Shown here in pieces: positions 54,902 to 64,000 of a stretch of DNA of 64,000 nt. The stretch's first letter is position 1. Each line of letters starts with the position of its first letter. The translations under genes and the position numbers were made by a program. Origin of the DNA: Octopus sinensis (lineage: Eukaryota); the NCBI RefSeq assembly GCF_006345805.1, contig NC_043001.1, forward strand, positions 16,740,001 through 16,804,000, written 5' to 3'. Under the pieces are notes generated by a model. That model ran no database searches. It was not told the origin of the DNA and saw only the letters and a program-made list of their open reading frames with translations.

Positions 54902-55774
54902 TTATCTATCTATCTATCTGTCTGTCAGTTTTCTTTTGTTTTTACAAGTCAATCTACATTTATACCTCTCTATTTGTAAGGGGAATGAGACAGACAGACA
55001 GATAGAGACACACACACAGAGATAAAGTGCCAGATGAAAGGATTTATAGAGTATTAAATGAGTAAATGAATGGATGAGCGGATGAGTTGACAGTAGATGA
55101 CGGGATGTCGTAGGGTGGGGGAAATCGTGTGTGGAGGGGGGGGTGAAGTTGTAGGATGAATGGGGCCGAGGAATAAATAGTGTGGAAGGATGGGTGGCGC
55201 GGAGGAATGAACGATGTAGAGGACGAGATGGGGTATGGAAGGGTGGATGTTGCGGGACAAGAGAAAGAGTGAGAACGGCGGATGGATGATATAGAAGGGG
55301 AAATATTGCGGAGGAAGGGATGATGTTAAGGAATGGAGAGAGGAAGGATGGATGGCGATGCGAGAAGAATGACATGTCAGGAAAGATGGTGAAGAATGTT
55401 GAAAGACGCAGAGGAGTGAATGGCTCCGATGGAGGGATGGATTGTGGGTGGTACGGGAGGAGAGGGGGTGGATAGTAAAAGACTGGTGAATGGTTCTGGG
55501 GTGTAAATGATGCGGAGAAGTGAATGTGAGTATGAGTGAATGGACGGATAAAACAACGGGTGGATGAATGGGTAGATGAATAAATAGATATGTGCACGGA
55601 GAGTAAGTGGCAGGGAAGATGGAAAGAGAACGAGACAGAAAGTGAGGGAGAGAGAGAAAGATAGATAGGTAGATAGATAGGTAGATAGATAGATAGAGAG
55701 AGAGAGAGAGTGAGAGAGAAAGTGTAGTAAGTACTACTGGTACTTGATAGTAGTGAGTATTTAGTTATTTATGT

Positions 55775-56109
55775 TCTTTTATTTGCTTCAGTCATTTGGC
55801 TGTGGCCATGCTGGAGCACCGCCTTCAGTCGAACAGATCGACCCCAGGACTTATTCTATCGGTCTCTTTTGCCGAAGCGCCAGAATACGGGGACGTAAAC
55901 ACCAACATCGGTTGTCAAGCGATGTGGTGGGAACAAACACAGACACACAAACATATACGACAGGCTTCTTTCAGTTTCCATCTACCAAGGTTTTGATCGG
56001 CCTGAGACTATAGTAGAAGACACTTGCTCAAGGTGCCACGCAGTGGGACTGAACCCGGAACCATGTGGCTGGTAAGCGAGCTACTTACCACACAGCCACT
56101 CCTGCGCCT
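55775..56109 (-). mobile_element. SINE family B
   Basis: Homology to 33015. Confidence 0.85.
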
Positions 56110-56375
56110 ATGTGTATATAAATATAATTTGCATCAGTTATTTTTTAATTGTTTTAGTTATTGAACTGTGACCATGCGACTGAATATCTCTGAGGGCTTT
56201 AGTCGAACACATCGACCGCAGTAGATTCTTTTTTGTTTGTTAAGTTTGGCACATATTCTATTGATTTCTTGTCCAACCCAAAAATTACGAGGGCGTAAAC
56301 AAACTAACGCCGGATATCAAGTGTCAGAACGACAAACATAAAACAGGCATACATAAATTGATATGTATATATGCA

Positions 56376-57228
56376 TCTGGCCGAGTAGGAGCAAATATCA
56401 GAATTGAACAGCCGAAATTTGCTATGATGATTCGGTGTCTGACTGAAGATTGAAGGCTTCGAATGATTTGTCTGTGTTCCGTGTTCGTCCCTTCCTGTAT
56501 TTCACGTTCATTATATATAAAAACATTCATTCTTATATTATTGCGGCGTTACGTGCACCCCCCCCCCGTTTGTTGTCCAATTTTAAACCCTGCACGACTT
56601 CTATACACACTGTCTTTCCTACCCGCCATTGCTTCTTCACCAAACTATTTTGGCGCCCTCCGATTCTTCCCCCTCTTCCTCCATCCTCCTTAATCCTTCT
56701 TTCTCCTTTTCTCTTGGTCACTGATTCTGTCCCCTGCCTTCCACCCTCTTTGATTCCTCCTCTCTGTCTCTCTTCTCTCTCTCTCCTGCGACCTGCTGAT
56801 TCTTAACCATTCTGTTGGCCATCGTATCTTGACCAACATGTGTCCCCGCTACCGAAACGGTAATTTTTCTACGCCAGCTGCTATGTTGTTTGGTTTTGTC
56901 TCATTTGGTCTAAAGTCGTATGACAACCACCGTTATATATATTTTGTTTATTCATTACTGTTTTCAATTTCGTTTTCGTCTCTTGTATTTACATCCGTCT
57001 TGTGCGTTCACATTCCTGTCTTCTACCAAGAAATCTAATGCTTACAGCTTAGTTTTTTTCTTGGGGCTGGCAGAGTTGGAGCAAATTCAGAATTGAACAG
57101 CCGAAATTGCTATGATGATTCGGTGTCTGACTGAAGATTGAAGGCTTCGAATGATTTGTCTGTGTTCCGTGTTCGTCCCTTCCTGTATTTCACGTTCATT
57201 ATATATAAAAACATTCATTCTTATATAT
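56376..57228 (+). mobile_element. Unclassified element with ~160-bp terminal direct repeats ending on (TA)n
   Basis: 56376-56538 repeated at 57067-57227. Confidence 0.55.
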
Positions 57229-57277
<49 letters not shown>

Positions 57278-57394
57278 TATATAATATATATATATTATAT
57301 ATATATGTAATATTATATATATATATATATATATACGCATTTATATATCTTACATTTTACACACACACACACACACACCACAACCACACACACA

Positions 57395-57453
<59 letters not shown>

Positions 57454-58022
57454 AGGTCTGGGGATCGAGGTGTAGGAAGGAAGTTAGCTTCGAGCAATCC
57501 GTAGTAATATAAAAACACAACTTTCAGGAACAATAGTGGTTTATTCAAACGGAATGTTGCGGATTATTTTTCTTCGGAGAACGATGAGCAGGAAAATAGT
57601 TCTTTTTATATAATTCCAGGTGGGTGACCTGCGTTAAAAAAAAAAAACAATAGTTACGGAATGGAGTAGGAGAATTCCGAGCTACATATGTTACATGACA
57701 AGTGGAACCTCAGAAGTGGTAAAATTGAAACGAGGTGTATATCGCCGGCTACCCATCAGGCCAAGATATCTTAACTGGATTAAAGGCTACACACACACAT
57801 ACACACATTCACGCACTCACACATGCGCACACAGACACACGCATACATACGCACACAGACACGCGCATACATGTGTATGTATAAACATACATGTGTACAT
57901 ACATACTTACTTACATGCACGTACGCACACACACACACACACACACATATTGGGTATATAAGCTTACATACGATATCTCATATGGTGCATCAAGAAGTAA
58001 CTAGACGAACATACATGTATAA

Positions 58023-58414
58023 TCTCTCTATATATAAAGCTGAAGTTGTCTGTGTATGGCGGGTTTGGTAGCCTTCAACTAACACTATCTCATCCGAGAC
58101 CCTGCGGCGCAAGTTGACCAAAATTGAGAGTATGATAGAAGAAGGCTTGCTCTTCCTTCCGTAGAAGAAAAAATTCAAATCGGACCATGTTCACACCAAA
58201 AAGTATTTACATAAAAAGGTGCTTTTTTTCCTTTGAAAATCCCTATTTTTTACGATTTTTTGACTGCTGTGTCGCCATTTTTCGGTGTATTTCAACCAGA
58301 AAAATGTTCACTTAAAGAGAATAACAAGCCACATAATGCAAAGTTTTTACTTTTCAAAAATTTCAATTCTAAAGGGTCGAAACGAACCCGAGCAACGCCG
58401 GGCGATACTGCTAG
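58023..58414 (+). mobile_element. Non-autonomous Helitron
   Basis: A|TC...hairpin...CTAG|T. Confidence 0.75.
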
Positions 58415-58807
58415 TCTTGAATAAATTTACCCAGGAAACAACCGTATTGAATTTGAATCGTTGTATGTTACAAGACGTGAATAACCCAGAATGAATATTC
58501 TACATAAAAATAAGCCTGAAAAATATCAGTTTCAACATGAAACCAGCATAAAAGTACATCTTGTCATCTGGACGGAGTTTTATCAGAACTTCTCACAAAT
58601 TACGCAACATTACAACAACAACGATTGGAAACTCCATATCATTTTACCTTTTATTTAAAAATATTTCTCTCTGTGTGCGCGTGCTTGTTTTCCTGTGTGT
58701 TTATGTGTGTGTGTGTCACCTGCTTCCTGCTTTATTTTTCTTCTTTATTTTCGAAACCAACAAAATAAAATTTTAATCGTAAATGTCTTTTAAATAAATT
58801 AACATGA

Positions 58808-58995
58808 ATCTGCTCAAGCAGATCTGGTTCCTATCTTAACAAACTTCTTCAGTCTTTCTCTGTTAAGGAACGCAACCCCGTCTTCGGAATCACTCTATAG
58901 TATGTTCCATTCTCAAGAAGAGAAACCCATTTAACACTGAAAACCATCGTCGTATCGTTCTCACTTCCAGCATCTCAAAGTTTATGGAAGGGGCC
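58808..58995 (+). mobile_element. Ancient LINE RT fragment
   Basis: LVPILTNFFSLSL..VCSILKKRNPFNTENHRRIVLTSSISKFME resembles the N-terminal motifs of non-LTR RT (K..D...NYRPISL). Confidence 0.5.
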
Positions 58996-60798
58996 GTTAT
59001 CGTGTTCCAACGCCTTGAATCTCTCTTTCCCCTTAATGGGTAAATGACATAGAACTGACAACCCATGGTCCCACGCGCTCCGAAAGCTTACTGTGCAAAA
59101 TTGCTCCTGGAGTGTTACTATGGATGTTTCACCGGCCACATTGCCTGACTCGTAAAGAAATGAGCACTTGATACTATTCCACATTCTACGCATTTAATAT
59201 TTATCTCAGCTTGATCAATTCCAGAAAAATACATATAAATTTATTGGGTTTTTAGCCACAGGTCAGAAAAGATTGGATAAATCTATGGTCAAGAGTTTGC
59301 CAACCATAACTGACCAATCCTTGTAGTAAATGTTGACCCTATTTCCTGCAGAATAAAAAGGGCTGTTCCTACTTGAATAACTTTGATCATAGTTTCCTTA
59401 ATTAGGGGTTATTTGGGTTTGAACAACGAAAATAACGTTGATCAAATTTTCCTCTCTCTCTCTTTAGGAAAGCAGCCCCTTCTTCTCAGCGCCAATACCA
59501 CCCCTGATAATTAACCTAGAATTGTTTAAACGAAATTTTACCAAACATTCACTCATTTCAAATTTTGTTCACCAATCCCAGGTCCTCAGCCCCCTTTGCT
59601 CGGTTTCCTCTTACTCACAAACTTGGATAACCCACACCAGCATCTCTTTATGCTTTATCATACGCCCCAGTATACAGTACTGTAATGGAGAACTGTGGCG
59701 GCAAAACATGAAAAGTAAACAAAGGAAAACCAGAAAAAAAAGCACAAAACTAAAGCATAAACAAAAAAAGACAAAACAGAATGGTGGTGAGAGGCGGTCA
59801 TAAGAAGAAAACGTGTGTCAAATTAGTCACATGACACTGCCTAATGCCGAAAACACAAAAGTTTTCTCTTGCAGAGAATTCAATACAAAATCAACTTCTT
59901 CCTCTGTGTGATGTATGAGTATATGTGAGTGAGTATGTATGTGTGAGAGAGTGTAGTGAAAGAGTGTGTGCGAGTGTGAGAATAGTTGTGTGTGTTTGTG
60001 TGTAAGATATGGTTAGCAGAAAATGAGGGCCTTTCACACTCCTTTTACAAGAGGAGAATGTAAAAGAATAGAGAATAAACAAAGAGGAGAAGATTAGTGT
60101 TCGGATAGAAAGGCGTCAACTTAACAGAGTGCTTAATGAGCGAAGGGATGACGAATGAAGAGAAGATATTGACTTTATGTATACGTATTACATAACAGGG
60201 TAGCGACATGATTCTAGAAGCAACTATGCATGTTCTGTGTGAGGGAGGAAAGGTGATGCGGGTAGAGATTAAATGGGTTGGTTTCAGCACTTCTCCCATC
60301 ACACCAGACCCGGATTAACCATTAAAGAAATATAAGGATTTACCATTAAGTAAATGGAGCAGGTGGATCAGGAACCTTAGAAGAAGTATTAAACAGCTGC
60401 ATCTTTTCCTGTTTCTCTAAGTTGTAAATAAATAATTTTCTCGTTTTGCTTACTTCTATGTAGTGTTGAATAAATAAAATTATAAAAAGGTAAAGAGCAG
60501 GGTGGCACAGTAGAAGCCTGATGGGCCCATAACTACACTTTCTTGTTTAAGTTGTTACTGACGATGCTTCAGTGTGGCCGCAACCTCTGGAAGAAACTGA
60601 TGATAAGATAATAAGAAAATGTATTTAACATGTTTGACTTAGAAAACTCAACATATAACCTATTCTTTTACATTCAGTACATATTGGGTCTTAATATCTT
60701 GTCATTTGGACGATAGAAGGGTCGAGAGGGCACCACTAGTGTTATACGCTTAAGACATAAGTTGGCCTATGAATTCGATTCTGTATCAATGGCTTGAT

Positions 60799-61122
60799 GT
60801 AAAGGAGCACTCCGTCGGTTGCGATACGATCAGCTGATACGATCAACGGAACAGTTTGCTCGTGAAATTAACGTGCAAGTGGCTGAGAACTCCACAAACA
60901 CAGGTACCCTGAACGTAGTTTTCGGGGAGATTCAGCGTGACACTGTGTGTGACAAGGCTGGCCCTTTGAAATACAGGTACAACTCATTTTTGCCAACTGA
61001 ATGGACTGGAGCATCGTGAAATAAAGTGTCTTGCTCAAGGACACAACGCGCCGCCGGGAATTGAACTCACGACCTTACGATCATGAGCCGAATGGCCCTA
61101 ACCACTAAGCCACGTGCCTTCA
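60799..61122 (-). mobile_element. SINE family D with 12-bp TSD
   Basis: TSD CAATGGCTTGAT at 60787-60798 and 61123-61134. Confidence 0.9.
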
Positions 61123-61713
61123 CAATGGCTTGATTTATGTAATATATATATATATATATATTCTATGAAACCTCCCAGGATAAACTTAACCTTTCATCAT
61201 TCGAGATCGATAAAATAAAGTACCAGTGAAGTACTAAGGTCAATATAATCAACCATGTTCTTTCCTCAACTATTGTGATCATATGAAAGATCAATAAGTA
61301 AACGTCCTTTGGACAGACTTCGAATACCGTTACTGATTACCTGAATGAAACGCATGAAAAACCTGCAAAGATCAGAACATACCCCAACTCCGATTCTCCT
61401 TAGTGGTACTCAGATCTCTGACCTTCAAATTTCACGTTTTCTTTCCAATCAAAGTTGCATGCTGTTTTCAAGATTAGAAAATATGTACCTGCTGATCCTA
61501 TAAAACGTAGATAATAGCGTTCAAGTCTAGAATTTCTCGCATACAGGTCAATAACAGAGCATCTAATTAATAGATAGAGGTAATAGCGACAAGCAAATAT
61601 CCATCATATCACACCCGAGAACCTGGAAAGAAGGAGTATATTAGTATCCTTTCAGGAGGGACTTTTGATCTGGGCCTTCAGTTTAAGAAATTTAAGAAAA
61701 CGTTTAAAAAAAA

Positions 61714-62051
61714 AGAGTGGTCGTATAATGTCAACATAACGTGACAGTCTCGTAAAGGGAATTACACCACCGCTATATAGCCCTAGGAAGCATCGACGGG
61801 CAAGACCCAGAAACATGCATGTCTTCAGGCTGCTAGTCCCAGCTGGCGGGGGTGCTTGCTTCCCCTTTGCAAATATAAGGACACAGGAAATGTGTCAAAG
61901 CCGACAGGAAGCATCGATGTTTCCTAGGGCTATATAGCGGTGGTGTAATTCCCTTTACGGGACTGTCACGTTAGGTTGACATTATACAATCACTCTATCG
62001 CTCCACCACCGCTCATGTCTCTTTGAGACATTTAGAAATTCAATATTTCTA
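61714..62051 (+). mobile_element. PLE-type fold-back element with partial HHR
   Basis: Arms 61714-61796/61914-61996; ggg caaga ccc a-GAAA-catgcatg-TC; tail TAGAAATTCAATATTTCTA. Confidence 0.65.
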
Positions 62052-62651
62052 AATAGTTTTTAAAAAAATATATGAGAATAAAATCAATAACTCTTAATTT
62101 GCGTAAATAAAATGTATCATGCGAGAATTTGACTGTCGAAATTCCATCGATTTTCTGGAGCATTTTTAGGGATTTGTTCTGTGTGAAACTTCATCCGATC
62201 ATGTCGAGCCAAAACTCCACACAAACCTTACTCACCATTTTGCTGGAATCTAAAGATTGGTCACCTATTTAACGAATTGAATAACAATAAAGGAGAGATA
62301 TTGTACCAGCGCATGTATTATTGGTGTAATAATCCTCCCAAGACACAACACGATTTGTTTCAATACACGAATTCACATCAAAGATCTTGTAAACTAAATA
62401 CAAAAATGGACTAAAAATTTTGTCAAGCTGGCTTTTGAAATTTTCAAAGCCTATCCTTTCTCTGCACCTCCGAACTTGTTTTTCCTTCTTTCTAGATTGA
62501 TATCGATAAGTACAACTTTTCTAACGTCCAGAGAGAAAAGGATTTGATCAATAACAAACTTGCTATTCAGAAGCATCTTATCCCGGCAAACCCGAACTGC
62601 TGTATTTCGTCTTAGGAGAGCAACTTCTTCAAATTCATTGACGCAGTGAGC

Positions 62652-62700
62652 CTTTGAGACATTCCGGTGTTTCGATTTAGTTGCGTCTCTTCAGTCCAAG
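62652..62700 (-). ncRNA. Hammerhead-like motif (decayed)
   Basis: cttgga-CTGAAGA-ga cgcaactaaa tc-GAAA-caccggaatg-TC-tcaaag. Confidence 0.55.
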
Positions 62701-63146
62701 CTACCTCCGAGTCAATGACCGAAGCAAGAGTGATGACTTTTGTTTATAGAAATCGGTAAATAATTTGTTGATGCATGCTGATGTATATTGTCAAACCGAT
62801 TATAAATCACCAAATACACGCAGAACATCGAGAATCAAAACAATATTTTCCAAATAATATCTAGCTTGTTTGCTTTCTATCCTTCTAAGTTAGCATTCAT
62901 ACTTTTAGTTTACATTTTGCTCGTCAAAAGGTGTGGTCCAAAATTGCGCCGCTGGTCGCTAGACAGAGTAGGATAAAAATACCCCTGGGGACAGCCTGAA
63001 TCCATATATGTTTCATTTGTGAGAGTAGACCCCCATGTTGCTAAAAGTTCTGTAATGCTAAACATGTTGTTCATTATCTCAAAAACTTTCATTTGGAGAT
63101 AATTTTGAAAATAACCTACAAACTATGTAAAAGCATTATAGTTGCC

Positions 63147-63562
63147 GGATCTTTTCGGTTTGAACGGCAGTTTTTTAAAATAATTTCCACGTAACTAAAC
63201 ACTTTTAAACTTCGTATACTGGTAGAATGCGTTTATAAAACATCTTTTTCTCTTGGCTTTATCGAGAAAATTCTATAGTTTCTAAGATATTTGTTGTTTT
63301 TTTCCTTCAATTTCTGTAATTTCAACAAATCAATGACGTCTATTGAAGTGAACATATTCTGTGCCGTATGAATATGTCCCTCATTTAAGAAACAGATTGG
63401 GTTTATTTACATTTTTGAAGAAAAAAAGGATACCCTTCCCCCCACCACTAGCCCTAACCCTAAAACAGATTGAAATGCAATAGATCGATACTAGGGTCAT
63501 AATTATGGGTAACAATTTCATATGACACCGCTAAAAAACTGCCGTTCAAACCGAAAAGATCC
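63147..63562. mobile_element. MITE with 30-bp TIR and 8-bp TSD
   Basis: TIR GGATCTTTTCGGTTTGAACGGCAGTTTTTT; TSD TAGTTGCC at 63139-63146 and 63563-63570. Confidence 0.9.
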
Positions 63563-64000
63563 TAGTTGCCTTCTGTCACTGCAAAACTTGAAAGAATGAA
63601 TATAATTATTAAGTATTTGAAGCACAGTAGGAAAGTTGTAAAAGTACAAAGTACACAAAAAAAAAAACATTTCATAAAACTTATTTCATAAAAGCTAATC
63701 AGCTTTGTCGCCGTCCAATGAAACGTCTATATTATTATTATTACTCTGTGTGAATCTGAATGCTATGATGTTTTATGTTTGTCTTGTTCGCCAACGAATA
63801 TATTATTGAATGATTCGTGTTTGTCTGTTCGAGTGACTGTGTATTTTAACTCGTGATTGTAGCTGTCAGCGTATTTACGTCTTGAGGTCGTTGGATATCG
63901 TAATAGCTTCAGAGACAGCTTGCCAGAAAGCATAGACAGCTAGCCAGAAAGAAAATAACTGGCTAAATAGGTAGATAGTTATCCTGAGTATTGAAGTAAG

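Noticed and set aside
54914-55597. 227-aa Pro/Ser/His-rich ORF
   Set aside because: Purine/pyrimidine-skewed low-complexity DNA that lacks stops by composition; no recognisable domain
57450-57694. Possible solo LTR (TGTAAG...GTTACA)
   Set aside because: Single copy, no clear TSD, PBS or internal sequence
59000-59170. Inverted continuation of the 58808 LINE RT (GETSIVTL..WDHGL)
   Set aside because: Similarity too degenerate to support without an alignment

Overview
AT-rich, microsatellite-saturated eukaryotic non-coding DNA. The SINE content and repeat density suggest a coleoid cephalopod such as Octopus (inference). No host gene can be supported, and almost all ORFs in the track are translated microsatellites. 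The window holds about 20 tRNA-derived SINEs of four families, CR1-like, R4/Dong-like, other RLE-type and RTE-like LINE fragments, Helitron and Helentron-type (HINE) non-autonomous elements, Tc1/mariner remnants and a MITE with an 8-bp TSD. The main signal is a set of Penelope-like element (PLE) remnants from roughly ten families, including one RT+GIY-YIG fragment, mostly docked on (TA)n tracts and folded into inverted-repeat hairpins. They carry more than 15 minimal type-I hammerhead ribozyme (HHR) motifs with largely family-specific palindromic stem III and compensated 3-8 core variants (C-G, U-A, A-U). Two adjacent near-perfect ~1-kb palindromes centred on (TA)n lie at 17941-19893. All calls were read by eye and element boundaries are approximate.
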